Origin: Bigelowiella natans CCMP2755
Taxonomy: Eukaryota > Protista > Cercozoa
Assembly (NCBI GenBank): GCA_000320545.1
Contig: ADNK01000267.1
Coordinates: forward strand, 554-64,553
DNA: 64,000 nucleotides
Reading direction: 5' to 3'
The position numbers and the translations under genes were made by a program. Positions within the stretch are counted from its first letter, which is position 1; the number at the start of each line of letters is the position of its first letter. Positions 42,882 to 56,444 of this stretch are shown here, in pieces. The notes beneath the pieces are model-generated. The model was not told the DNA's origin. It ran no database searches and saw only the letters and a list, made by a program, of their open reading frames with translations.

Positions 42882-43491
42882 CAATGGTGATGATGACAAC
42901 GTTACCTTGATAATATCTCGATTTCTCTCTAATCTATCACAAGCCATTCTCACTCGCTCATCGATTGCACGTAATCTAGAAGATAGGTAGCAGTAATTGA
43001 CAGCATCACCCTCCAATTATAAAGAAGTGATAAATAATACCCACATGATGTTTACCTCTCGATAAGGGTAGCTGGATCAAGGGAAGCTTGTTGAATGCCT
43101 TGGACACTGTCTTCTGCATTCTTTTCGCCTAACAACAGTACAACACAATCATAGAGTAGACAAAGACAATTCAATCATAATCATCATGATCATGATGAGA
43201 TAATAACACCACGCCATGTTCCCCAATGCATGGTCTTTGTTGTTGTTGTTGTTGTTGTTGTTGTTATCATTAAAGTATGCATGGTTCTCGCTGCTACTAC
43301 CAGTCATTGTTGTAGTAGAATCGTGATAATAATATATGATTAATTATTATGTAATATGTGGTGTGGTTGTTATTGCTACTACCTCCAAAGGTTCTTGCTT
43401 CAGGAACTCCAAGCTTGATAACAGCTTTCTTGTCCTGATGTATGATTGACCGGATTCTTCTACGACACCTGTGCAAACAACCAAAAGCAGG

Positions 43492-43523
<32 letters not shown>

Positions 43524-45235
43524 CATCAACAAAGTGAGTGTGCCCTTCTACTACCAATAGATGATTATGTAGTAGTAGTAATAGCAGTAGTACCACTCAA
43601 GATGCTGCACAAGGTTGTTGTTGGACTCTTCAAGAGCATCTTCCCTTTCTCTAGACATCTCACTTAAGATTGAATTCCATACTTCTCTAACCCTGGTATT
43701 TCTTATGATCTTCGTATACTTCTCGCTTTTCAGTGTGAAGTACAACTTAACACCTACATCAATAGATCAATCAAGCAAACAATCAATCAATCATGAAACA
43801 TTTAGAGGCAACATGAATTGTTTAGATATGAAGTCTATATCAACAAGGATAAAGAAGAAGAGGAAGAAAGGAACGATAACGAACAAAGACAAGAGCATTA
43901 GATACCAATTATGACTGATTATCATCATCATCACCATCATCATTATCATTCTTCACAACTATAATGTGGATATACTACTACTAATCTACTGTTTAATGAT
44001 TACGCACAATCTTCCTCCGAAACAATGATTGGTTGTGTAGGTTGGCCAAAGTCTTGCCTTTTCTTCTCTTCAACCTTCTTCTGAATCACGCTACTATATT
44101 CAGGAGTCCACAGGTTGTCACATTGTCGGTTTGCTATTATACGACAGTTTTGATCTGCCATAAAGAGATCCAGCCTCACGTTGGTACAGACACCTGAAAC
44201 GAGTGAAATATAAGAAGAATAAGGATGAATAATAATTAGAATAATACAAATAAGAGGAACTATCTTACATCCAATATCATCACCTACCTCCTGGAATTTC
44301 TTCATATCTATCTTTCCAGATTGAAGGACCTCCATCAGAGAATATGCGGTCCACAAATAAAGATGCTGATGCCTGAGGCTGATGGCTGTTGTCTTTCTTC
44401 TCAGCCATTGGAGATATACTGTTCAGCTCGTATAGTAGCAAGTTCCGCCAATAGCGTTTGGGAACGTTAAGTCTTGGTAAGAGGAATCGATGAATGCCCT
44501 TTTATGTGTAATACGACTACGATGAGACGATATAACTTCTTATTCTTATTCTTCTTGTTGAATTGCCAAGAATTAGGCAACAATAACAACAACAACAACA
44601 ATAACAATAACAACTACTACTACAACCTGTAACGGTAGCTGCAAAGTGCGTGGGGAGAAAGTGGATCGGTCTTTGAGAAACTTGGTAAGTATACGACGCT
44701 GTGCTTCCTCCTTTGGATTGATTTTGGTGAATACTTTATGCTTGTTTTCTTCTGCAAACTTTGCACGCTGCGTCTTGATGTAATCAACAAAGATCGAGAA
44801 GGGGGACCTCCACCTAATTTGTAGTGGTGATAATAATGATAATAATAACGATTATAATGATGATGATGATGGTGATGATGATGATGATGATTACTAATAG
44901 TAAAAGCAATGATAATAATCAAGTCGACTACGATGATGTTAATGATAATACTGACGATATTAAAACAACACAACACAAAGAAATCAAGGACAAGAAGAAG
45001 AAGAAGAAGAAGAAGAAGAAGAAGAAGAAGAGAAACGACCAAAGATACGACTAACACACAATTGTCCGATTACTTATTCTCTAGATCATCCTCCGTATCG
45101 TTGGTGTATTCTATAAGACGTCTTGAATTGAAGGCAGAGAGGGGCTCAACGTGTGACTCAAGGTCCAGAGCAAAACGATCCAAGTTGATTTCTTTGTGGT
45201 CTTTCAGCTATGTTTATTGATTCATTCATTAATAG

Positions 45236-45274
<39 letters not shown>

Positions 45275-45386
45275 AACGATGATGGTATCTCACATCATAA
45301 TAATCAGCCAAAATGAGCATGCAGTAGTATTATGTGTTGAATGTATGTTATAATGTAATGAATACTGTACCAATAACACAGTTATC

Positions 45387-45418
<32 letters not shown>

Positions 45419-45632
45419 ATAAATAGTACGGTGTCTTTGAGGTATTTTTTAGCTTCAAGAAGGAAACAGTTGTCTGCAGTCAGTGTCCTTTTACTTCTCA
45501 TCTTAGACTCTTTACTATCATCAAATACTTCGCCGTCCTTTATCTTCTCATGCTTCAACAATAGAAGAATATACCTTTGAACGGAAAATATATATAATCA
45601 TCATCATCAATAGAAGAATATATCTTGAACGG

Positions 45633-45680
<48 letters not shown>

Positions 45681-46064
45681 CATCACGTAGTAGTAGTAAT
45701 ACTGACTTGAGAGCATCTCTCTCCACCACCATATTATCCTCGTCTTTGCTATGATAGAATGGTAAATCATCCAAGATATTCTCCACCATTGCTTTGATAA
45801 GATACTCCCCAAGCATGAATGTACGATGTGAGCGCTCTAGCACATCGTAAGCAACATTAATAACCACTCTGCAGTAGTCCATAATACGTTCAACGTATCT
45901 ATTTTTAAAAAGAAGAAGAAGAGGTGATGAGTTGTAGTTGTAGTAGTAGTAAGAAGAATTGTTTGTAGTTTCATCAAAGCATTATTGTCCGCGAATGAAT
46001 TCATAGATGATGATGTTTTGCATAGTGTTACTTCAATCGATCAATACTTTTAATTTACATTATC

Positions 46065-46114
<50 letters not shown>

Positions 46115-47474
46115 TCTCTCCTTCTTTTTCTTCTTCTTCTTTATCAGCTACTACTTGCCTACTTTTTGGAAATAGTTTGCACCAAACGCTCCGCCAAGAG
46201 CTTCATATGTCTTAGGTTCTCTCTCACGGTTTTTAATTTTGAGGTTGGATTGCATATCTCTAGCCATGGTGTTTGCTTTCCAGCCTTCTTCATCTCGGAT
46301 GTGTATCTTAGAAGAATATATAATAGTGTAAGTACATATAATTGGTGATAATGGATGATAGATTATAGGAGCAGCGTCGTATTTCTCACATAATTATTAA
46401 TATTATTATCTCTTGATATACACATTTAGTCGTTTTCTCACTTGACAGAAGAAAGAGCCGGTAGGAGAGCTTGCTTAAGACGCAACCGCATTTTCCCCCC
46501 CACAAGAGATTCGCAAAAGATCATCCACTCAACTGAGTGTGGAGAGAGGAATTCTCGGTCTGCTTTGGTGGTATCGTTGTGGTTTTGGAGAACCAGTTTC
46601 AGGAATACCAAAAATCGGTCAAAATGTGCTGGCTCGTAGACATCGTACACGCTGAAAACCATGTTTACAAAGCATTTCTTCTCCTTGATGCAATAATCCC
46701 CATTCTTCAAAGCTTCTTTCCAGTGCCTGATGAGATAGATCATGATGATGATAATGATGATAACACACATCAACAATGATGGGATGATAAAAGAGGAAGA
46801 GAGATCCATCATCATCATCATTATCATCATCATCATCATTATCATCTAAATCATATAAATCATCGTCATCATCATCATCGTTTTACTTTTTCTCTGTTTC
46901 ATATAAACGGAAGAACTCAGAGGGCGCCATATGTATGCGAGCCACGTGTCTTTCAAGAGGGTTAAGTTCGTAAGGACTCAAGAAATCGTCTAAGTCGTCC
47001 ATTCCTGATAGTAGTAGTAGTAGTAGTAGTAGTATATCAAAATGATGATCATATTCAGATGATGTATGTATGTGCTGCAGACAGTTGTAAGTTAAAGATG
47101 ATTTATCAATCAGCATGCAGCTAGCTAGCTACACCTTGATCTTCCATCTCCTCTTGAGCAATGTTGTCATCAGGCAATGGCTGGTAAGTAATTGCGTCCA
47201 CACTTTTCATGTATTTATTTTTGGTTTCTTGTGGTACTCGATGGTGCTGCAACATGCGGTGATATATTGCCAGCTTGATAAGTTTCACCTATGAAGAAGA
47301 AGAAGAGAGCAAGAAAACAAAAAGAAGAATAAACAACAGTAAGAAGGAGAGGTACTATACGTGTACTAAGTATGTACTACACGTCAGTGAATCTACCAAC
47401 TCTTCCTATCATGATAAGCATCATCTGCGGTATCAACAACAACAACAACAACATCGTACAGCAGCAGCAGAAGG

Positions 47475-47507
<33 letters not shown>

Positions 47508-48240
47508 GATCTGCATATTTCTCGAAAGCGGTGGAATACTCACGCATGCACATGCCATATCTGAAGAAGAAGAAGAAGAAGAAGAAGAGAGGAGGAAAGT
47601 TAATTAAGTAGTCCTCAAGTACAGCAGCCGTGCAACTATAAATATGTATCATCCTAGGAATCGAGGAGTAGAAGAATTGTGATGGTAGTAGTAGTGATGG
47701 TGATGATGATGATGATGATGATGATGATGGTGATAGATCATCATCCCGTTTGTCAACAATTCAAGTTAGTGTGATGATGATGATGGTGATAGATCATCAT
47801 CCCGTTTGTCAACAATTCAAGTTAGTGTGCTGCAATGGTGTCCTCTCTCGTTATAACTATACTACTATTACAAGTACTACTACTACTTTTTAACGCATTC
47901 TTTGATATGATTCTCTGATTCGATGGTAGTTAATATTGAGCTCAAGCGTTGTTTCATCAGGAAAAGAGGGTCTCTGCTGCTGCTTCCAGATACTGCTGCT
48001 GCTGCTGCAGATGATGATGATAATACATTCTTGTCCCCCTTCCTATCGTCTAGATGATTATTATGATGATGCTTTACATCCTCCATCACCTGTGAATGAA
48101 TCATCATTATCATCATCATCATCATCATCATCATCATATGTTTAGGTAGATAATAGAGTCAAATGGCGGTTAGATATACTAGGAGAAGACTAGCTACTGC
48201 TACATTATTGATTACTTACTACACCACTGTGATAATAAGC

Positions 48241-48276
<36 letters not shown>

Positions 48277-48582
48277 AATGGGGATCATACATAGCGAACA
48301 CTACTCATCATCATAAATATATCATATCATCATCACCACCACCAGCAGCAGCAGCAGCAGCATAATTTTGATGCCGTCTTTGCCCATACCTGATCATCAT
48401 CATCACCAGCTTCTTCTTCCTGCCCCTCATTATATCTCTCCTCAAGTTCTCTATCAGCATTGCGATCAAAGATCTATGCATGCACACATCATATATCATT
48501 GTAGACACAATAGTACAACAGAAAAGTACAAACAACACATCTCCTGAGTGTACTGTACACACTCACACACGCACACACTCAC

Positions 48583-48620
<38 letters not shown>

Positions 48621-49507
48621 CTACACATAACGACTTATCTACTATTACTAGTAGTAGTAGTAGTACACATAACGACTCATCTACTAGTAGTAGTAGTCGC
48701 ACACATACTGGTATGGAACGTGGTTCTGTTTCTGAACGACTCATTTCCAATTCCCCAAGACCTAATCTTCCATCACCAGCATGCCCCCAAGCAAAAACCT
48801 AAATGAACAACAAGAAGAAGAAGAAGAACACAGCAGCAGAGAAAGTATCATCGGAATTACTGAGATTTTGAAAGAAGATATTTTGTGCATATGTATGGTA
48901 GTGGTGGTGGTGTTAGTGGTAGCAAAGAGTGAGTGTGATGATGTATGTATGAATGATAACAGTGTGTACCACCACCTTATCTTTGGACGCTGCGAGAGAA
49001 TGATCTTTTTTGCTTGCTACAGATGAAATACCGTATTCACCCAAAGGAATTGTCCTTGGAGGTGCAGCTCTATCTCTCATTTCAACACCTTTTGCCTATT
49101 CATCATTGCAAGTAAGAAGAGTGTGGTGATTGTGATGATGATGATCATAACAATGATGATGATGATGACGATGACAGAATACTGCAATCTATTTACTTGA
49201 ACACAATAATATATCGACTAGGACTATTAAATAACCAATCTACCATTTACACTGCACTACAACAAGTGTTAGCATCAATTCAGAAGCTAATAATAATACT
49301 ATTGCAAGTAGTAGTACTACTACAACTTACATCATCATGATCTTCCAGCTGGCTTGCAACATTTCCAATTCCAAGTTTGCCGTAACGCGGTTCTCCGCAT
49401 GCAATGACTTCAAAACGTTTTTCTCCATTTTCAACACATACTAGCATGTGCGACTCTGCAAGTGCCGCATCAACAACACGAAGATCGGGACTTCCAAGAT
49501 AACTTTG

Positions 49508-49565
<58 letters not shown>

Positions 49566-51841
49566 CATTATCTGTGTGCGCGTGTGTGTGGTTGAATCAT
49601 CGGGAATAATAACAAACATTTTCCTTGATCATCATCATCTATGCACAGAATAATGTAGTAGTTGTAGTAGTAGTAGTAGTAGTAGTAGTTGTGATGCTGC
49701 TGCTACCTTATTATTATCATTATTATTATTATTACTACTACTAAAATTGGTGGATATAACTACTACATACCGATTGCAGCAGTTTTCCTAATTTCTCGAT
49801 TTGTTTTGGAGTGTTGATATCATAAGCAAACAGGCCTCTAAGAGCACCCCAAGCATATACGATGTGTAATTTGCTATTCTTTTCATGCTGAAAGACTGCC
49901 ATAGATGACGTAGGGCCAGCAAATATATGCTCAATCCGAGTAGTAATCTTTTGTTGTTGTAGTTATAATAATATATCTTAGGTTAGCAAATATATGCTCA
50001 ATCCGAGTAGTAAACTTTTGTTGTTGTAGTTATAAATATATCTTAGGTTAGCAAATATATGCTCAATCCGAGTAGTAATCTTTTGTTGTTGTAGTTATAA
50101 ATATATCTTAGGTTAGCAAATATATGCTCAATCCGAGTAGTAATCTTTTGTTGTTGTAGTTATAATAATATATCTTAAGCTAGCTTTCAACGGATTAATT
50201 AGTGTTAAAGAGTGTACGAATTTGAGTGAAATGTCTTCGTCATTTGATTATATCAAATTAAATGTAGATAGCGTTAAGCGTAGTAGTCGTGATTGTTGGT
50301 GATTGTTGAAACAACCCTTCTGTCATTGGGGCTGGAAGAAGAGTGAATTCCTGAGGCCGCCTTATCAGAAGTTGTGGTTTGAAAATCGATCTTTTCAAAT
50401 TCCCAACGGTCATCAAAATCTCCCAATCCAAGCTTACCGTTACGTCCTTGAGAACAATGGGTTAGAAGAAGAGAGGGGAGAGGAAGAAGAATGGTAGGTA
50501 CTACTTAAAATGTTTCATTCAATTGCCGTATTGTCGTAAGTAAGCAAGAATCAACGTGGTCATCGTGCTTGTCAAATTTATACCTTCTCCTGATACATAC
50601 ACATCGCTCTTAATACGAGGTTTTTCCCCATGAGCTTTGGCCTTATTGTGCTGCACAAGGATGAGAGTATGCTTTCTTCCCAGAACAACGTCTAGTCCTG
50701 TACCCTCCCCTTCTTCCTCACTACTGTACACAGGAGTGATCTTGAGCTGCAACTGTTTTGGGGATTTAAGCTGTTTGATTTCAGGACCAAATCTGAGGAT
50801 TAGAATTAGGATGATGTTGATGATGATGATGATGATAATGATGATAATACATACGCAGTAATAAAATAATCAGAGTGCTAACAAGTGTCGCACTTGCTGC
50901 TGTGGTTAAAAATACTAGTACCCAAGCTGTCCTTTGCTGCCATCTCCCCACAAAAAGAGGTAGGGAAATCGTTCTTCATCTTCCTGTGGTTGCTCTGGAA
51001 CTGCTGCGGAGAAGTTTCCCCCAGCCTCTACCGTGCGTATATCTTCACCTTGCAGCAATTCCACCAATTCAGGCTTATTTCGATGCCTCAAATCGCCTAG
51101 ACCGAGCTGGCCACAGTCATTTCTTCCCCAACAAAACACGTTTCCCTAATCATGTAGGAATAGTAGTAGTATTAATAGTAGAAGTAGTAGTAGGAAAATA
51201 ACAACATCATCAAAAATAAGTGTTGTCGTTTTTCTTATAATCATGCCGTATAATATCGTGGATTATTACTATTATTAATAAATAATAACAATAATAATAA
51301 TTATATTTATATCACCGTCTTGGAGCGTGCAATGGTGTGGTAGTCCCCACAAGACACATGCACAATGGAGGTGTACGCAGTAATTCGATCTTCAATCACC
51401 TGTGTGTGTAGTAGTAGCAGCATGATCATCATCGTTTGCATCATAGTAATAATAAAGAGAATTACTAGTATAGTACCTCATGATCTAGTGAAACTACAAC
51501 TTTGATAGGCTTAAATGCACTCTTATGAGGACCAGTCCCCATTTGTCCATACCTTAACAACAACAAGAAGAAGAAGAAGAAGAAGAAGAAGAAGAAGAAC
51601 AAGAACAAGACGGAAACCATAAATGACGTAGTATCAATGAGCTCCTCCTCCTCCTTCTCCTCCTTTGAACCATTAATAATAACTTGGTTTGCTGCTGACC
51701 GCCCTCCCTTTGGTTGAGTCTTCTTCTTCTTTTTAACTACTACAAGTATTTCTCAAGTGCTGGTTGCTAGTATGTAATGTATGGTGTTGTTAGGAGTCCT
51801 CACTCGTTACTTCCCCACGCCATAAGATACCTGAGGGATCA

Positions 51842-51879
<38 letters not shown>

Positions 51880-52825
51880 ACAACGTCGTTAATAATTCTT
51901 AATAACAATAATGGCAGGAATTAAAAAGTGAATGATTGTTGATGGTGGTTTATGGCAGGAATTAAAAAGTGAATGATTGTTGATGGTGGTTTATGGCAGG
52001 AATTAAAAAGTGAATGATTGTTGATGGTGGTTTTAGTTGTGTCTGGTGTGCTTCATATCTGAACGACGTATGTCGTTTCCATATAAGATAGAGGTGTTAT
52101 TATATATTAATTATTATCATTCATGATTAGTATCAAAACAACATGTGCTGTAGATAGAAAATACATACCCTCCCTCTTCGTTCCCTAAGCGAGCGACTGA
52201 ATGTTTCACACCGCATGCAAGCTGCTGCACACCAGATTCTGTTGAATCTGCAACCTTTTGCTCCCCAACCTGAAATCCTACTATCTGGCTAGAATCTAAT
52301 CCTACAATCTCCTTAGGTTCAGATATATAGCTTTCTTGGTTGCTGCTGCCATTGTCCAGCGTATTCACTACGTTATCGAATCCGCACCGACTGATTCATG
52401 ATTATCATTATCATTATTATCATTATTATTATCACTACTACTACTAACGTAACCCCAAGCAAAGATTCACTAACTACTAAGTACTACCGATTGAGAACGT
52501 AGCCCCAAGCAAAGATCCGACCAGATTTGGTAATTGCAGCCGTATGTTCCAATCCACATGATGCAATGATTACAGGATCGTTTGGAAGTTTCCGGCTGAA
52601 CCATCTCACTGGAGTGGGAATGACTTTATTTCTAGTGTCACGTAAACCGAGCTTGCCAAATTGCCCGCCGCCCCAGGTATATCTAACATGATAGAAGAAA
52701 GTATCAAAATCTATCTATCACGAGTAGCAGCAGTATTACTACACATGATGGGAATAAAGCTTACTTTAACACAACACACATTCACACACGCATATACACA
52801 TATTATATTCATTTTTACTTGTATA

Positions 52826-52863
<38 letters not shown>

Positions 52864-54447
52864 CAACTTACAATGATGTAGAACAGATTTAAGAGGCATG
52901 CAGTGGTTTTGATTATTATTATTTTCAGTGTCACCATCATCATCAGCAGCAGCAGCAGTAGCAGCAGCACTAACACAATCACTTACAAAGTTATCCCTGT
53001 TCCTGAGTTTTGCACCACAACCAGAGAATGGAACGTATGGCAAGATATATGTTTAACTTTATTGTTTCCAAGGCCCTTAACTACGAGACGTGGTGAATGA
53101 ACATTCTGCAGCGTTCCAAGGCCCAATCGGCCATAGCTTCCCATCCCCCACGTGTAAACCTAATCGTTAGTTATGATGGCGCGTATTTAAGTGACAAGAA
53201 ACTTGATGGAGTGATGGCAACAAAGGGTGAAAAGCAGCAGCAAATTAGTGCCAGAATCCTCTTCTTCTCGTAATACCCTGCCCTCCTTGTTGAGTGCCAT
53301 TGAGTGTGCATCTCCTGCTGCAACTTGTATAACACGCTCTTCCTGAGAAACAACTAAGTCTTCGATCAAACGAGGACATGTATGCTGCTTGGAGTTCCCA
53401 TGGCCTAGACGTCCATATGTACCCCGACCCCATGAATACACTTGTCCTGTACAAGGAGGAGAAGGAGGAGGAGGAGGAGGAGGAGGAGGAGGAGGAGGAG
53501 GAGGAGGAGGAGGAGGAGGGGGGAGAGCTATTCAATGGAGGTATATTTAAAAGCGGTAGATGTAAATATAGGGTGGTATGTGTGAACATATGCTGCGGAT
53601 GTAGGAGTAAATTTTACATTTACAGATATGTGCTCATGGTATGCTTCAATGTCCCGCATCATCAACAATAAGATAATTCTTTTCTAACCATCCATGCACA
53701 GAGCCAGGACGTGCTCGGATCCGCACGATATTTTATGAATCCTTTTGGGCATTTTGGTTGTTTTGTCCAATATGTGGAAGAGCTGTGGAATGCCCTCCAC
53801 CTCAGATACTTTCCCAAGTCCGAGGTTTCCAAACGCATTGATACCCCAACCGTACAATTTACGAGATTTTTCACCGACCACGGCGATCGTAAACTCTGCG
53901 CCACATCCGACGATCTATGTCCACATGCAACGATTATCATTTTTCTCACTCTCCCCCCCCTCTCAATCGTGCATCATCCATCACACGGTTGCACATAAAT
54001 CTCATCACGACCTGCACTTTCTTATCTTTTCCCTCAAAAGAGACTTTTCCGTAACGGCCTTTCTCATGACCAAGACGCCCATGTTCGTTACTTCCCAATG
54101 TGTACCTATGTGATAATGGGTAAATTACTGCTGCTGTTAATGCTACTACAAATTGCTGCAACCAAAGTATTGTTTTGTGTTAGCCAGCACAATATTTCTT
54201 ACAGATTGCCGTCGCAGATAAGTGCAGTGTGCTTGTTTCCAACATCAGCTTGAGTTCTTCCCTGTCCGTTTCCAAACCAAGCCTCTGGTATATCCAGCTG
54301 TTGAGCTCCAAACTCTGTGAATCCTTTCTTCGTACTCAGCTGACCGTCAGGTCCTAATCCCCAACCTACGACGCTCAGACCGCTACCAGGCACCAAGACG
54401 GTGTGTCCCCATCCACAAGATATGGATAAAGCTGATGCCCCTGACAT
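39564..54447 (-). CDS. Large RCC1-repeat protein fused to a RasGAP-like/IQGAP-type C-terminal region (more than 30 exons)
   Basis: Many RCC1 repeats at 48700-54447 (ISCGWGHTV..GWGLGPDGQL; YSWGRGTYGRLGHG; VAAGDAHSMAL; FCWGRNDCGQLGLG; VFAWGHAGDGRLGLG) run in frame into VNMVFSVYDVY..FLVFLKLVL..EFLSPHSVEWM..LKQALLP (GRD-like) and KSYQ..NEGLLSEIE (RasGAP_C-like). The RCC1 call is strong, the GAP call moderate, and the final exon/stop tentative. Confidence 0.75.
47704..47830. repeat. Intronic 2-copy ~57 bp direct repeat
   Basis: gatgatggtgatagatcatcatcccgtttgtcaacaattcaagttagtgtg occurs twice. Confidence 0.85.
49918..50177. repeat. 4 x 65-67 bp tandem repeat spanning a minus-strand splice acceptor
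   Basis: Unit agcaaatatatgctcaatccgagtagtaatcttttgttgttgtagttata..atatcttaggtt at 49918, 49985, 50050 and 50115. Confidence 0.92.
51911..52033. repeat. 3 x 41 bp intronic minisatellite
   Basis: atggcaggaattaaaaagtgaatgattgttgatggtggttt repeated three times. Confidence 0.92.
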
Positions 54448-55097
54448 TTCCAATGTCTTCTTCTCGTATTATAACCCACCAGTGGCTGGGAGGGGGGAGG
54501 AAAAGGCTCGCCGCGACAGGTCCTCTAATTTATCTGAACAGTTACTTTTAATTGCAAAACCGAGGCAAATACGAGGCCGTTTGTGCATCTTAAGTTTGGA
54601 AATATCAATCAACGAGTAAGACCGCTGATCATGATCGGTATTCGTAATCAGCATCACCTTCCAGATACGACATCCAGTTCATTTAGTCGCAGTGGGTTGA
54701 TTTCAGGGGGATTTCCTAGGATTTCCCAGAATTTCTCGTGTGCCCGACTTGTTGCTCTTTCTGTTTTTCCTTGATTTTATGCAGAATTTGAGAATCTTTA
54801 TTTATCTTTACAAAGAAATTCCCTTTATTTGTTTTTAATGACAAGGAATTTGAATACTTCCGGGATACATGGTATTCCTGTGCAAAAAGATTATTTGCGC
54901 TGAGATAGGCTTTGTCGCACCATAGAAACGCTGGTTCAATCCGTATCATTTTTATTGTTAATGTGGACACAGGTAGTCACACACCCGTAGCCCCCCGAGA
55001 AAGTGTAACTCCGACCGTGCAAACTCCGACCGTGCATACTCCAACCTAGATATTCTTCTATATTCGCCTGCAACGTTAAACACTACGCAGCCAGATA

Positions 55098-56440
55098 ATG
55101 GAATCTTACAGCTATCAAAATGAGGACTGTGAAGGTATTAGTACCAAGCATTATTTTTTTAAAAGTGATTTGTGATGGATCAATTTCTGTGTCAGTTCAA
55201 AGTAATGTGCTCGTGCTTCCCACACAAGCTTCGATGGATGAATGTGACAATTTTAGCTTGGAGGAAGATATTTTATTGATGGGGTATGCTACTTTTAGAT
55301 ATACAAGTTTTTTTTTATAAATCATTTGGTTCTTCAGAGGGGCAGCCAGCTTCTCCATTTTGAGAGCATTCCCGGACTTGTTGGCATTTAGATGCTTCTG
55401 TCAAAAGGTTGCAACACAGTGCTAAGTCTTGAATATAAATCTGACACAAATATTTCACAAACTGCCCTCACATTTTTTGGTAGTGTTATATGGCAAATCT
55501 TCCTGACTGCAACACAGAAGACTTTTCCAAGTGCACCTGCTGCCCGTTTAAGGCTGGATGCGGTCTGAAATAGATTAGAATTTGCAATAGCATGTATCTT
55601 ACTATTCCTTCTTCAAAGTCTTTTTAAATTATCTCGTTTTCTATACGTAGATAATATCGATAGAATTTTCACAAAAGAAAAATCATAACCTGCCGCCGCA
55701 AAACCTCCATCATATTGCCTGTATAAATTGCGTGCACATAACTATATGAACATCACATCCTATTTCTCCTTTCGCTGTTTCACTCTGCGCGATTCTTCAC
55801 TTGCTCTGTCTTCCTCATATCAGGCTGTGAAAATTGGAAAGATCCTACGTACTGCCAGCTATTTTGCGTTGCTTGTGCAAGGTGGTACTAACTAAAGAAA
55901 ACTTCGTTGATTTATTGGCTCCGAAACATAGAATCGGAAGATGACTTGCATACTGGAGCTTGCTTCCATCGCTGCCGCTACTTTTAATCCTATTGCTATT
56001 TACGTCGTTCTTCTCACTATGCAGTGCTGGTCCTAAATTCTTCACTAGCATTCCATCATGCATCCGCATTCAGTGTCTTTTCTACAAGGTGCTTCTAGCT
56101 ATTATACATTACACTGATGATGATAGTGAGTAATCATTTTATACTGATGTATTGTTATACAGTGTGGGGTCCGAAATGAATTTTTAATGAACTGGAAAAA
56201 CGAAATTACAGCTGTGAGTATTTCCTAATCAACCAACGCCTTAATTTATGAAGTGACAGTTTGATGTTGCAGGGAGAATGGTGCACCTCCATGTGCTGCT
56301 GCCTACACAATGATTTTGGCTGTAAGGATATTTGTAAGATTCAATGGCTCTGTCTTCTATGTACTTTCTGAGATGGCCCATAGGCAGATTTCACCCCACT
56401 GATGCATTGTTACTCGAGGGCTGATAATCGCCGGTTATAG
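55098..56440 (+). CDS. Small multi-exon Cys-rich hypothetical protein
   Basis: ATG GAA TCT.. (MESYSYQNEDCE|gt) is followed by a series of short AG/GT-bounded plus-strand segments (ASMDECDNFSLEEDILLMG; CYMANLPDCNTEDFSKCTCCPFKAGC; CGVRNEFLMNWKNEITA; GEWCTSMCCCLHNDFGCKDI). Phasing of the middle exons is not resolved. Confidence 0.4.
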
Positions 56441-56444
56441 ATAT

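Noticed and set aside
55300-56069. Minus-strand gene model (TASSLKRAAGALGKVF.., 74-aa ORF)
   Set aside because: Exon phases could not be joined. Plus-strand splice signals are more numerous and consistent.
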